The notes: generated by a model not told the origin, from the letters alone. Shown: positions 43,401 through 58,105, numbered from the stretch's first letter. The stretch is DNA of 64,000 nt from Balanoglossus misakiensis (GCA_040954595.2 CM082582.2:5068303-5132302); one strand, 5' to 3'. A program made the numbers and translations.

Positions 43401-46400
43401 CAGGTGTTAGACTGAGAATGATTTACATTTTAATTGTTAAGTTTAGTGAAACTGAGAAATATCTTACACTTAGCTATATACAGTATTGTAGTAATTTAAG
43501 ACCGACACCAACCATTAAAAACCCCTAACGTGAAAAAGGCAGGATTTGACACCATTCACTGTCTCAACGTGCACTGTCTATATTTTAATGCCCACACTCA
43601 GATATGGTTGCAGAAATTTGCATACCTCATTCAAAAGGCCAGGTTTTTAGCAGTCATATTTTATGGCTTATCTGCACAGAGCAGGTTACTTTTTGCTATT
43701 CATCTTTTATTGTTCATAGGGACATGGCGTTTTGAAGATATCAGATTAATGAGAGTTATGTCATAGATATCACTGTCATCACCTGTCATTTTCTGGCCTC
43801 CTTTACTATTTAATTCAGGTTTTATTAAAGCTCCATTTCCTGTAACTTTTCACTGTGATTTCAGTATTTTTGATTTGTGTATCCACTGCAGTTTCTTAGT
43901 CTCTATTGCAGTGACATTTGCTATAATTCACCAAAAAGTTTGAATGCATTTGAGAACTGGCAGGGCTTCCTGAACTATGGAAATAATGTAGCAGACAAAA
44001 CGTTTTTTAAAAAAGAAAAGTTTCATATGTGCAGTTTTGGACGAGTTTTCTTTAAGTATGGTATACAAATCTTGGAAATTGTTGAGTTTATTATTTTGTG
44101 ATGCAATCATTCATGAACTGTAAACAGGCCATACATATTTTAACAGTGTACCTGTACAAAAGAATATTGAAGCTGAGAACTTGATCACAAATGCCATTCC
44201 TTTTAGAGATTTTCAACCCAGGAGAAACTGATTTTAAGATTGAGGATTGTTCTGGTGGCACAATGCTACTTTGTCTTTACAGTAATTTTTATGACATCAC
44301 TGAATGTCTTCAATCTTTTTTTTTTATTTCAGAGAACTGGCTGGCCTCCTGACATGTACCTCAGCTATCATCATAGTCCTTTCAAAATCTCATCGAGACA
44401 GAACACAGAAGGTTATTTCAACAATACAGATCATCATTGTGTGTGTCGCTATGCTTGTACTATACACAACGTCTGTAAGCATATCAGGCAAGCGAGGTGT
44501 GCTGTGGATCAGTCAAGTGACAAGTTGGTTTATACTACTGGTGTCGTTCGTTATACCTTCTCTCACATCGAGACTCATACTGTCAAGATTGTTCACATCT
44601 GCATTGGCACTAGGATCACCCTTTCTGCTAATGTGTATAGCGTATCCTTTATTACAACAACAACAACAACAGCATTTTTTTCATTTAAGATCATCTCAGT
44701 TTGAGAACAGCATTTTTACATTCGAAGACTTCACATTTAAGACCAACAATTCTCAAAATGCCAGGCGAATATTACATAAAATAATGCAGCCTCATTACAA
44801 GTCAGCTTTGCTATTCAGATCATTGTTCAATTTTCCTTCTCCATTATGATAAAACCGATCACATGCATATTAACCAACTTTCAAATATTGACGCTACCAG
44901 CAGATTTTTATGAGATACATGCACAGCATATGCTAATTTCCATCTGGCTTGCCTACCATTAACTGTTGGTGATCAGATGCAGTAGTTTTTGAGTTAGCTG
45001 TCAATGCAGCGTATGGTTCACATATAAACAATTAGTGAACCATAGAATTTTGTAAATAATATCTTAGTCTCAAATAAGGTATCCCAGGGTGAAAGTTTCA
45101 ACAAACTGGAGAACAAACTAAATCAAATTTACCAACGATTGATGTTATAGCTTTTGATGGCTGCCAAATCTTTTGCTGAAGATTTTACTGCACTGCAACC
45201 TTTAGAATGCATCTCAGAAGAAAACTTCAAAAAGACAACAAAATTTCATATTTTCAGACATGATTACTATTTACATAAGTTGCCTCTATCTCAAGAAGGA
45301 CTGTATGGGCTTACCTTCAATGTTGACTTCACTTTCAAGTAAAGAAAGTTACATACTACATCTTAGACTAAGGTTTGATAGCACTTGAGATTAACTGATT
45401 TATGCTGGAGCATACTACATCTTGTAAGAGGTATAAGTTTATCAAGTTGGATAGTTGGTAGTGATAGTTGTCCCTTGTATAGTAATCTTCTCCTTAACCA
45501 GTGTCACTCAGTCATGAAGGGTTATTTTTCGTTGCCCTATGTTATCTTATGTTTCTGTGGTTACTCATCGAACACAAACTTGGCAATGGATCAATGACAC
45601 AGGTAAGACATTCGAAATAAGCTTCTATCAGCATATTGATGATCTATGTAGATCTTTGAACTGTATTGGTAGATCGAGAGTTTTATTTCTTGCTTGGAAA
45701 ATACATGTAATTACATCATTTGAATATCTAAATATAAAGTCAATATTGTTACTTTTAAAGTGGCATTGATTGAAAACCCTTCAAATGACTTAAAAACCAG
45801 ACCCAGATTAAAGTTGCCAATATTAAAGCTGTAACTTTTTGCTATGTTTTCAGTATTTTTGTTTTGTGTATTTACCGGTATAACTGCATTTTCTTGTTCA
45901 AATTTCTGAATCATGATGAAATGCCCAGCATTTAGCTTATTAACACAGCATGTATGTGTATGGTCAGCATTGTTATTCTACAAAATTTGTATTCAAGTCC
46001 AGGCTAGAATTCATTTATCAAAAATAACTGACTGCTACACACATACATGCTGTGGTTTGACAAGTGGGGTATTGGTTATATTAGCACAATGTTTGGAGTA
46101 GGACATGAAATTGCATCAGGTACACAGAATAGAAATGCTGGCAAAATAGGCAAAAAAGTTACAGCTAATGTCCCTTTAATGAGCACGTTTGCTATTTTCA
46201 TGCAAATAATGATGATTTGTTCATCAGTGTTTCATATTCGTCATCAGTATATCGACACACCCTGTCAGATCTATTATTATATTAAAGTACTGTTGTGCAA
46301 TTTCTTCTGTTTTTCCAGTTTTATGCAATGTCATTTGATGAAGTACACATCATTGAAGACAGCAACCCCCGTCGTCTTGTATTGGCTGATATCAGAAGAG

Positions 46401-49400
46401 CTTATTTCTTTGTGTTTTTTGTGCTGACCGGGTTCTTTGGCACAGGCAACATTGCAAGTATCAACAGGTAGGGAATGGAGATCACTTGGGAACAGTTGAT
46501 GTAAACACTGATCAAAGTTCTTCACTGTTGTCCTTGGAAGATGGGAAATTTACAAAAGTATTAATTGATCAACTTTGCCCAATTTACCTGAATTTTGTTC
46601 CAATAAAAAAAATGGGACATGAAATAGAAGAACACACAAAAATAAGTGAGAACGTATACACTTTTTTCATTATTTCATTAAAAATTATAATGAATTTGTA
46701 TAGTTTTCTGGTAGATAACAAAGTTGAATTTGTCCATGTTTGTGTTTTCACTACAGCTTTGAGATTTCATCAGTATATTGTTTCCTGACTGTGTTTAATC
46801 CCTTTGTTATGGGTGCCCTGTTTCTGACCAAGGTAAGATGACTGTTTTTCAAATTACATGCATTCCTTCGTTTGGATCACCCCATTCTATTAAACATAGA
46901 TAATGTACATTATTTCTTGAAACAATGTCATTTAATTCATTTGATGTTTATTCCCATTGTGACGAATGCATATCCTAGGTACGTTACGTTCATTGCTAGC
47001 TTGGGAATAAGTTAGCATTATACCAAGAAGTACATGTATGCCAAACGAACATGAGAAAGAAACGAAAACATCACATTGACATGTCACTATTACTTGAGTT
47101 TTTTTTGTTGTTGCTTGGTCACATTTTTCGAACAAGACATGTCACCATAGTATGAAGCTAGCTGACATTTCTATGTAAACTACAGTGCCACTATAATTAA
47201 GTACCTGTATATTATACTCGCAGTTTATAGTACAGTCTACCTGCACATCCGAAAAGTGTGGCATCTTTTCAAATAGCTAAGAAAATGTAACCTTATTCTT
47301 AGATGACATAAGTTTTTTATATGCTTCGAATGTACAGTACCAGCACAAAAATATGATTTTTGTATTCCCTTGAGTGGACATGTATGTTATAGCATATGAC
47401 TGTCTATTGCGGTAGCAGTGTATGTAAGGGCCTTCATTGCTATATTGAAAAGACTTAGATGTTTTCTATAGTGCACTTGTTAGCCAGGAATAATAGACTC
47501 AACGAAGTCTTGAGATAAAGGTTCTACTGAAACGAAATACAAATCAATAAAAACATTATAAAATTGAAATTATATTATACCATGGTATCGTCTGCCATTT
47601 TGATTGGATGAGAGCTCAGTCTATTGATGCAAAAATTCTTAAGGTCTTTTGTGTCTCTACATGGGTAAATTTTTACTTCTAAACTCGCTACAAATGTGCA
47701 GGTATTGCTGTATCTGAAAAATAAGTTATATTTCCAGAAAGAAACTGATAGATTTTCTTCATATAACAGCAGTATACAGAAAACCACCAAATAAAGCAGA
47801 CGGTTGCTATACTGATCATGGTTGAAAGGTGGTCTTCCCATTGTCTTGGCTACAAAACGGGGAAATCTGTAACAATTTAGTCATAAATATTGCTTCGTGC
47901 TGCCGATGGCAAAAAAAACAAGAATAGGGTGACGGGTGTCTGTAGGGGGGTGAGCATACTTTCCCTTGGGGAAGACATAAAATCAGTGATGCGAGCAATA
48001 GTATGACAAAGGAAAGTGAAAGCCCGAATGAAGATGACCATTGTATATTTTGATAGAGGTGCTGGTACATAATTCAGGGGTAGTAGCACGAACAGAAGAT
48101 TGTAAGATAGATCAGGCATAGAAACGGGGAAAAATGTCAAATCTCATTATTTTGTGGTTTCATGTACACCATTTAATACTTCACAAAAGACATTGTGTAA
48201 CTCGATAAGAAGTGAAATAATGAAATAAGTTACGTATGTATATATTCTCTTATTTTGTGTTGTGACATTCCATGTTCCTGGTTAAAAGGAAATTGCAAGA
48301 TATTTTCCACATTTTGAAGCAATTTTTTGATATAAACCCTGCTGCAAGCACTCTCTCAGTAATCACGTAACTTGGAACATTGACTTATATTGATTGAATG
48401 CAGATGTGTATGTAGTCCTTGACATGATGCATACCTACAATTAATGTATGTACTTAAAAACAATGAACATTCAATTATGGGACCCAACCCATACAATCAA
48501 TACAATTTTCAAGTAGGATCATACAGGGCCCATACAATCACTCAAATTTCATATGGGACCCATGCAATCAATAAACCTTGCAAGAGGTTTGAATAGAATA
48601 GAACAGATAGATTAGAATGGAAAAAATGTGTATGTCAGATTATATTGGTGTCATATTTAAATGTGGGTACAGCATAAATGTTTAGCATGTGTATGACACT
48701 GAACTTAATTCAGGTGTACAATATTTTACTGGTCTGTTATGATGATCGTTCTATAAAATAAAATAAAAACTTTTTAATATTAACATTACATTAAAACTAC
48801 ATTTCATGAGCAGAAATAGAGAGGCATATGTTTCTATGTAGTTCTGCGTGCATCTGGCTAACACAGTCATAGTGTCCCTAACAACACTTGACTGGCCCAG
48901 TCTATGCCAAGTGACGTAGCTATGTAGACTGAAAACGTCAAAAACACAACATAAAAAAATCTAGAGAGTGTTTAAGAGAGCAGTAAAGTTGAAAGTGTTA
49001 TAAATTTGTCAAATTTATGAAAAGGTGTGTGTGTTTGTGGTTAAGTGTTAAGTTAGCTGAGTGTTTGAACTGTCGTGATTTCATAGCTGTATGGGAATTC
49101 CTGATTTCTTTTCCATTGGTTTAAGTGAGCCCCGGTATTGCCAAGAGATATCGTTCAGCAAGGCAAATGACACTTGAAATAAATAGCCAAAGCCGGATCT
49201 TGAAAAGGGTCACAGTACATGTAAGCATTGGTTTTTCGGCCAACTTCAAAGTACCGCTAAACTATGGTGGTTATGCGTTATTGCTAGTAAAGAAAGTCTC
49301 GATGTGTCTTAAAAAAACTCAATTGGCAAGTTTTACTCGAATTATTGCTGACTTTATGTCATGCTTAGGTGCTAATTGGAAAAAAGGATTATTCTTTTTC

Positions 49401-52400
49401 TTCTGCTAGAATTATGTTTGGCAAACAGCTTTCTCAAACGATTCTGTTCTCTCACTTTTTTGCTATTTCATAACATCTTAGTTCCAAAATGATAATGTCC
49501 CAGGTTTTTTTTAAATTTTATACACAATTCCATAATAGTTTGATTGACATGATATCGCTGTCGTATAGGGAATTACGTATTGCTTGGTGTATTTAATTTT
49601 AGACTTTGTTGACTTCTACAACACCCATTTCGAGCTCACCTTCCCTAGTCAGAAGAGGATGAACTCATTTCAGTCGAACAGAAGGGAAAAACAGAATAAA
49701 TACAGATACTATGAGTATGAGCCAAATGTACAAGAAAAAAACATTTCTTTGAGAATCTGATTTTATTTTTCGGATTTGAAGAGTTTGACTTCACCATGAT
49801 TCACCTTCATCTTGCAAGACAGATATGCGAGAGGATGATTGAACATGGAACTAGGGCAAACCGTGTGGTATTCAAGTAATCCCATCTTTGTTCACTCTAC
49901 AAATATGATTCTTTATAGTTTTATATCGGACATTGCTGTTGACCAGATCTGTACAATAAACAGAGCAATCCCATAATGAGCAACTTTATTTTGACTGAAA
50001 CTGCCTCAAATGTTATCGGCACTGTGTGATAAAAGATGATAATAATCATGAATTGATTAGAAGATATTCTGAAGCTGTAATGTGATATTTATTAATGATA
50101 CATAATTTTATTGAGAGTTGTGAATTTCTTAAATTTGGATGAGCACTGAACTTCTACTGAAGACAAATGATGTGTAAATCCCCCAGGAAGAAAACGCCGG
50201 ATTATCAGCATAACAGTATAATAATATTCTGTTGTGCACACAGATTACTTTTTAATATCAAATCGTGCAGAACACCTGTTGCTAAATACAGCAACAGATA
50301 TTATACTTGCGTAATGAAAAAAGTGAAAAGATATTGGCTTTCTTACCTGGATGATTTTTCTGGGAGTATCACAGAACTGGTGGAGTGTCCAGCATCTGTC
50401 TCTGAGTTGTGTTTGTTTGTGTGTGTGTGTGTGCATTCTACAGTGAAAGCCTATCCATGTCAATACCATGGCCCAGTAGACCAATAATAACCTTTGAAAA
50501 TCACTGAAGAAGAACAAAGCTCTGCAAACCCACAACGAACAGTTGACTTTGCGCTACCAACTACATGTACTTTATTAAAAAGTTGGGAGAGAAAGATGTA
50601 GAGAATTATTTTCCTTGGTCAGTGCATGTTTTCATAAACTCTTTATAGTATTGTCTTTATTTCTGAATCGATTAGTAGATAGCTTGAAGTAAAACGGTTG
50701 ATAACAGCTCTGAAAAAATAAAAAAAATATACTCATTATGTTTTTTTTAATTTCATAATTGCTTGATAAGTAAAGGGAGTTTGAGTGCAAAGTTTGACAA
50801 TGGCTCTGAAATTAAGGAATGAGAACGTATCTTCATTTGAACATTTTATGAAATTCGCGCTGGGCGAATTAGGTTGTAGCAAGTGTTACTTTGACAAAAC
50901 TGTTAAGAACAGCCTGCCTCGCGTCAGTTTTGAGCAAAACTGCAATATTAAAGTGAGATTCATAAGAACACGTATAGCTCTGTATGTATTGGGTATAAAA
51001 CTTTTCATGGTAATTAATCATGATCTCCTGGCAGATTTTTCGCTATTTTCAGACCAATTAATTTCCCATCTACAGTGCCATGACTGCAGATGTGTAGATT
51101 TAAATATGCGATGAGAAAAAGTTGAATGTTTTAGGAATTGACAATGAAAGTCAATGAAATAAAAGCTGGTCGAGTTTCTGCTGTTTGTTACCGTCACATT
51201 GAACTGGAGTTTTCAAAGTGTGAATGGCCCAGAAAAATCACAAAATAAAAAGTAAGGAATTAAGTAACAGCAACTGTGTAGGAAATCCGCATTTTGATCA
51301 GTCAAGTTCACGTTAAGTTTTAAATTCTCCAGAATGCAGCAAAATAAAATTAATGAAATGATTTGTGAAAGCCTCTAACCAAAACCTGGAATTATAGTGC
51401 TTAACATTTATCCACCATGTCAAACATTATTGATGGTGTGGTTACAATGACAGCCAAAGGCAGATAGATTGTGAAAAGATATCAGTTAAATTTGTAGGTC
51501 CTTTGTCTTCACCAATTCCCATATCGCCCAAAATATGTTATAATGGAGTTAAATATGAAAAAAAAAATCATTTGTTTGCAGTGTGTTATAACATTTTATT
51601 GCATTCTGCTTGTATTTACACTCGCACAAGTATATGCTCAGAAAATTATATAAAGTTTTAAATTTTGCCGTTTTCTTCTGGGGTTTTTTCACAAGTGAAG
51701 AATGGAATTTTTCCTTGCGAGTTTATCAACTTTTTGCCCTTGTTTGAGCACTAATTATTCTTTTAATGAGTACATACATAAAATTGTGATATGTTGAATG
51801 AAGTTTTTGCATCTGGGGTTCACTCATAAACTGCCTATTACTAACTTCGTCTCTGTAAAATATATACAGCAAAACAAAGAAAATTAGTGAAAATGTACGC
51901 CTTTGTCTGTTTTTTCTCCTCCTGCGATGTGTAAGTCCGAGAGCTGAGTAACGATGGAAAGTAATTCCTCTGAAATTTTTGGGAGCTGGCAATTTACTTT
52001 GTGCTAACTGATTAAAATAACCCCGGGCAAAACCCCTAGATGTATTGTTTACTCTTAGTTAAGTGGCTTTTTTTGTTTTGATGGTGTCAAAAGGAGAAAC
52101 AAAAAGACCTGCGAGTAGCCTTTTTTAAACGCTGTTAAATTTCCGTTTCCCCGCTCCGACTTTCTCGGCAAAGCTAACTTGTCTACTGCCACTGTGTGGC
52201 CACTCTACTCAGTATGCCATTGTTATGCAAATCTGGGAGCCCCCATTCTGATGCAAATGGCCGCATTGCAAGCCGCAGAACTTTAGAGCTCCTGATGAGT
52301 GCCTCCGAAACTGATCTATTGCAAACTTTTTTGAGGCCGGAAAAACAACTTTCCTGATTTATAGAAGCGAAGCAAACACCTGCCTGTGGTTTGCCAGGTC

Positions 52401-54759
52401 CCAGGTGTTCCTTTTCATCCACTTTTAACCATTTCCACGGCGCAAAATAAAAGTTAGGCCAACTTCTGTGCACCTGCCTCAAGCAACAGCCCAAGTAAGT
52501 TTTCGCAGTCGTGGGAAAAGCTTGAAACACAAGCCAGGAAAGAAAAGAAACTGACAAGTGTTCATTTCAACATGACTAATGTTTATTTCTCCCATTGGTT
52601 GCAGATTATGGTCCCAATTATTATGGTAACATGTACTTTTCAAGCAATCCATGTTTGCCAGCAGGTGCCCACCAAGAGCCTTTTCCTCATAGTTCTATTG
52701 ATGTCTGATCTTATGGCCGTGCAGTTCTTTTTCTTAGTGCAAGACACCGGCAGCTGGCTGGAGATTGGAACAAGGTAAAATTAAAGATTTGTTGGTTTTC
52801 TCACCATTCTGCAAAATAAATTTTATGGCCACCTGAGTCTGTTAGAAATGGAAAGACTTTGCATTCAATGTTGATTGGGTCTCTCTCTCTCTCTCCCTCT
52901 CTCTCTCACAAAGGCGAATCAAGTGAGATTGATTTTGCCTTAATGGCAGGCAGAGTAAGTGTTTTTATAGTAAAATGCCAATCATTTTATGCAGTAAGTT
53001 TAAAGTGAAAGCGCTGGTTGATGCTGGCAAGTGAAAACCATGAGCTGTTTTCTGCATAATCACAGAACCCCAATAGGGAGTATATACGATCCCTGCAATA
53101 CAACTAGAGAATTGCATAGAGCACCTCTCCTGTTTGCCTTCTGTGGTCGCGGATTTTTAATTTATTTTCATTTGAAGCTAAGATATATTAGATGTAGGCA
53201 ATATACGCACCGCTTATTATAAATATGAATGGGGATAGACATGTATGTAGGATCTCCATGCATATGTTGAACTTGAACCCCGCACCTGTTTCCCTTGTTA
53301 ATGATTATCCCCAAGGCCCATCTATAATAAGTCATAAAGGGGGAAAAAAACTCTCATAATACGTGGACAAGACTTTGAATTTTTCATCTCTGCATTAATA
53401 GCCTACTTGTGTGAGTTTTGGCTTTAATCATAACATAGTAATGGGCAAACAGCCACAGCTGCCCTGCCTGGCATCCTCGGTCACACTTTTGAGGCGCAAG
53501 TGAACATTTAATTACAAAATGAGTTATTTGCCCATTAAATTATGAGGAGATGTGAATTACAATGAGGGGGGTACATGACACTTTGTTTAACTTGTATTGG
53601 CTGGTGTTGCTGGTGGCTGTCTCCAATTCTGCACTTGATCTTTGTTTCCTGCGCCCAGGCTATAGTCATTCTTCCGGTGTGTGTGTGTGTGTGGGTGGGT
53701 GGAGAGGGCTGGGTCTGCCTGCTGCACCTGTGTGCCCCAAAAGTTTAGTCGTTCATTCATCAACAAGTGGCCGGCTCTTTTGCGGTACATGCGCCATCAT
53801 TTTACCCCTCTTTGCACTCTGATTGCTGCCATGTCAAGCTCTGCCCCGTGTCCCCGTCAATGAAGAAGGTCAGGCGCCAAACACTAACAAGGTTACCTCC
53901 TCACGAGGGGGAAAACAATAATATAGCTTTTTGGAGGGGGACCCAGTCAGCTTGCAATCTCCACCAACCACTGGTATCATGTGTCATCAACCTCTTCCAG
54001 TTCCAAAAATACCTCAAAAGTCATTTCTGTCACCCTCACAAGACTCAGGTACTGGAACTTACAAAAAAAAGCTTTTGATGATTTATAAGAAGAAGTGAAT
54101 ATGATTACTTTTCAGAAGCGCTTTTTTATTTTTATTTTTTAAAACGAATTTTTTATCAAAAACATATTTCATCTATGACATATTACTTGAATAATGTATT
54201 TTACCCATGATAACAGAGTTTGCATAATTTTTTTGGAAACCCTAACCCTAAATCTAACTCTACCAATACATCGGGCATACTTATTATTTGATAAAGTACC
54301 AAGAAAAGCAAGAAAATCCTCCAGAATGCATTTCTTTGTGACTTTTTTTCCACAGGAAGCAAAGTCGCACTAGTAAACTGAACTTTGCATTGACAAAACT
54401 GCCTGTCAATTTTGCTGTGTTGTTTTTCGAAACCAGGGTACACTGGAAAATGCTGAGTCAGCAGTTTTTGTTTACACAATAGAAAAGTTGTTTCTTGTCC
54501 GTTTGTGACGTTAGACTTTTTTGTCTTTGTCCGCTTAAAAAAAAGCCTACCTAAAATGAAAAATATTAAAAATATTTTTACCCAAAAAGAGAATTAATAT
54601 TTAATTTTCTTCTTTTTTTTTTCTTTCAGCATAAGCCACTATGTGATAGTGATGTGCATGATCTTGTTCATGACTCTCTTGCTGGTGGTGGCAAGACTTT
54701 TCACAACTGCGACGCTGCCAAAGTGTTGGTTTTCATCCAAGAAAGCCCATGCACAGTAA
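34495..54759 (+). CDS. PIGN: GPI ethanolamine phosphate transferase 1 (PIG-N/MCD4), complete, 18 coding exons, about 935 aa
   Basis: Exons: 34495-34718, 34930-35051, 35413-35511, 35775-35881, 36253-36508, 37240-37356, 37790-37983, 38475-38609, 38791-38870, 39433-39693, 41055-41250, 41670-41761, 44333-44641, 45512-45602, 46319-46467, 46757-46832, 52605-52774, 54630-54759 (TAA); total 2808 nt in frame. Motifs [109 protein letters not shown]. Confidence 0.97.
37152..37215. repeat. Perfect 31-bp tandem duplication just upstream of a PIGN acceptor
   Basis: TCAATCACTCTGCTATTACCGGTAGTCCTAT twice. Confidence 0.9.
38010..38192. repeat. Degenerate palindromic (hairpin) element
   Basis: Nested inverted arms ATGGTTATA/TATAACCAT, GGTATTTGGTTG/CAACTAAATACC, ATATTTGG..AAATAATCA/TGATTATTT..CCAAATAT. 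Confidence 0.55.
44642..45511 (+). other. U12-type (minor spliceosome) GT-AG intron in PIGN
   Basis: 5' splice site GTATCCTTT at 44642, branch site TCCTTAAC at 45491-45498, CAG acceptor ending 45511; splicing gives LLMCIA|HEGLFF in frame. Confidence 0.92.
52218..52258 (+). promoter_or_regulatory. Tandem Sox-Oct (SoxB/POU) composite motifs in a PIGN intron
   Basis: CATTGTTATGCAAAT 52218-52232 (exact canonical composite) and CATTCTGATGCAAAT 52244-52258. Confidence 0.55.
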
Positions 54760-54768
54760 GAGTCTTAA

Positions 54769-54861
54769 TTAACCCTTTCACCACAATGGTTTGGTCCAAA
54801 TCCATTGTTGTCTATGACAAAGTTGAACCTCTATAGAGGGAACTGGGGATGAAAGCGTTGA
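54769..54861. mobile_element. Family A MITE, 9 nt downstream of the PIGN stop codon
   Basis: TTAA-CCCTTTCACCACAATGG...GGAACTGGGGATGAAAGCG-TTGA. Confidence 0.8.
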
Positions 54862-57800
54862 ATTTAATACTCAAATAGAAGTCAATCTCATTTCTAGCTG
54901 CAGCCAAATTAATGTACTAGCAATTGTGTCAATAAATTATAGTTAGAAGCAAATATTAAATATAAATTAAGATTAGCTGTGTAGAAAACAATTATGAACA
55001 TTGCAAAATGAAAGGTAACTGGTTAAGAAGGAAAATTAGGAAATTAGTTAATTTAGGAAAAAAGATGAATTGTTTTGTTGTTTGTCATTGAGTATAGCTA
55101 AAACAATCATGAAGTCTTTTCCCATAAGATGTAAAATATCTCACCTGTATTCTCATGTGTCTATGATGTAATGTATTGGTCGATTTTGATGAAACTAAAC
55201 TTGATGTAGCATTGATAGTAGATATTCAGGTTTTCAAGAGTTTAATTCGTGGTGGTTAAGGTCAATTCTTTGAAATTTGTCCTTTGCAGAAATGATCCCC
55301 TTCATCACTCGGTTCAAAGACAAAGGGACTCATTTGGCGTTGTGTCACTATGGTAACACACAAATGTGGGTGCTACAATGCTAACCTGCGAATTCAGTAG
55401 AACGATCATGATCATGACTTATATGCAAATGGAAAGGAAATGATGGAAAAGAATGAATTAGTTTTTGTGTGTTTAGAGATTTCAGAAGAATATTATGTAA
55501 TTGTGTTCTGTTGTAATTTGGATATGGTCATATGCATTGCAGCTAATAATTTCCATTGGTGGAAATTCACAATGATTTGCCTTCACAAGTTCCCAAACTT
55601 GGAATTCTGAGTGTCTGATATAGTTTTAGTGTCATTTATATATTTTTTTATTATTTATTTGCCGTTTTTATTTTAGATGTTTTTTACAGAAATGACATAT
55701 TCAGTACTTTACCTATGTAAGAACACTAATGAAACATGCAGCTTTATTTAATGTTTTTCTGTAAAAGTTCTTCAAAGTTAAAGAATAAAGGGTTTTAATT
55801 TGGAAGAAGGAATATAAATAAGTTTAAGTGTTAAGATTTTTTGAAATAAAACTTTGAAACAGGTCCTCTGTTTTCTTGTGTTTTGTAAAGTTGTGTGTTT
55901 GTGTATGTGTGCATTACCTGGCTTACTAATAAGAGACCTTAGGAAATGTTTCTTTATACCAGGCTTCTCTCTATGCGTAGAGGTTTGACACAATGCATTT
56001 TAAGGTTAGAATGACCTCGAAAGTCAAAGTCTTAAATTTTCTCTCACATTTTGCTCCAAGGCATCTTTAGATTATTCTCTTATAATTGAGAATAGCAATT
56101 TGGGGTCAATGCGCACAATTTTGAATGAGAGAGCAAAATTGTCTCCATTTCAAAATGGCTGCCAAGCTCCAGTGGAGAAAATTTAAAGTATCGATTTTCA
56201 TGAAAAGAAGGTGACCACCCAGTTTTCTTCTTTGTTAACAAAAAAACTCCCAACAGACTTTGGATGGTTCAGTCAACTATCATTTTTCTGAAAATCTGTC
56301 CCCAAGTCAACTGAAGATCTCCAAAGTCTGATCTTGTACTGGTTTGGTTGTTTATAGAGAAGGGAACTTATGTCTGTGCCTGTAGCAAGTGTAGCATTAT
56401 AGACTATGCTTTGTCACTGAGACACATCCCGACGAAACGGTCAAACCCTGAATTTGAATTGCTAATGAGTCCACAGTTTTTTTCTGCATTTTGCGACCGT
56501 TGTCTGGACCCTTGCTATTCTTGCTGAGCCCAAATCCAATCATAGATTTGCTCCTGTATTATACTTGAGGCATGAATAGTCACGTTTTGGGGAAAGACGT
56601 GAAGCAGACAAATTGAAACGTGTTGGACCAGAGTGTTTTATGCAGCAAATTCGATGAGGCCTCTCACGAATTCTTGTCAGAGATTGCGTGTAGTGACATA
56701 TTTAGGAGGAGGTATACAAGAAATCGGACAGGAACCCATCATTAAGATACAGAAGTAGTTGTAAGCGGAGTCCAAATTTCGTTCATTGAGAACTTTGACC
56801 AGTAATGTATGCAACATGGTGCTGTACCATACAGTGTCTGTCAACTTTGATGTGATATCTGTTTATGTACAATTGAACGAATATTAGGAAGTGTTTGTGC
56901 CTAGGAGTCAAATAGATCATTTGTGAAATTACATGAGTAGTCGGGTCAAATCATAGTTTCTCTACCTATTGACGGGTACTGCATTTCTTTGTGTGTAAGG
57001 CACGTTTTCTTGAAATGCTAAAACAAAAATTGCGACGTGGTAAATTTTTCATCTACCAAGAATATTCCAAAAGCGAACGAAAGACTTAAAACATATAAGG
57101 TTAGTGTGATTTTTGTACGAAGGACCTCAAATTTGTATGGTGACACGTCTATACATCCGTGCAGAAGACCCTCTATGTGAAAGGCCATATAGGCACTGGG
57201 CTCCAATGATAGGAGAGCTGGAGCCCTCTCCGAATTCTCCTCTTTTGCACACTTTTTCTTGAATCGCGTCATCATATTTTCTCTCCAAGTTTTGATGATG
57301 TAAATTTTTGTATCACTGCTAGTACTTGCGCTGGTGTTGTCTTGAATTGTAAAGTCACCTGAAGATAAGACACATTTCCGTGTGTCTGTGTCTGTACAAT
57401 AAACGTTTCAGATTCAATCATGTGCATTTCTGATTTCTATTCATGCCGCATACGATCTTGATGTCGGAGGGTGCCGGGTTCTTGTACATCAGATGAGAAC
57501 GTTCATCCATTCGACTGTACAAAGACTTTGTCAGACTCTCGTGCGACAAGTGATTCATCACGAGGCGTTCCTATCCAAAGAGACAAATGAAAAAGATCAA
57601 AAGTTCATCAGTAGTAAACCTCGAGTCCACAATTTTCCTTTTGGAAGCCAGCGTCACCGCATCGCTTTTAACAAATAAATCTCGACTGAGAAGCAGACCA
57701 GTTATTTCTTTGTTTCCATTGTTTTTATCCCAATCTGTAATTTGCGGTTGTTGTAATACCACTGGCGTTTCACAATCTTAGCCGTCGTATATCATCGTTT

Positions 57801-58016
57801 TAATACTATTTCGATGGTTTCTATCGCACGACATCCAGGCCCTCATCGAATTTTAAATCGTTTTCGAAAACTTGATTAATATCTCTATCCACTGTCTCCG
57901 AAACTCTTCCTCCCCCCTCCGTTCATCCGTCTCATCTCTCTCCCTGTCTCGACTCCGTCAGTTCGTCCATCCCTCTCCGTCCGCCCCACGCTCTCTCCCC
58001 TCTCCCCACACACACA

Positions 58017-58060
58017 CTCTCTCTCTCCCTCCCTCCCTCCCTCCCCCTCTCTCTCTCTCT

Positions 58061-58105
<45 letters not shown>

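Noticed and set aside
56996-57004. TAAGGCACG, the 5' end of miR-124
   Set aside because: Match stops after 9 nt and there is no proper precursor hairpin.
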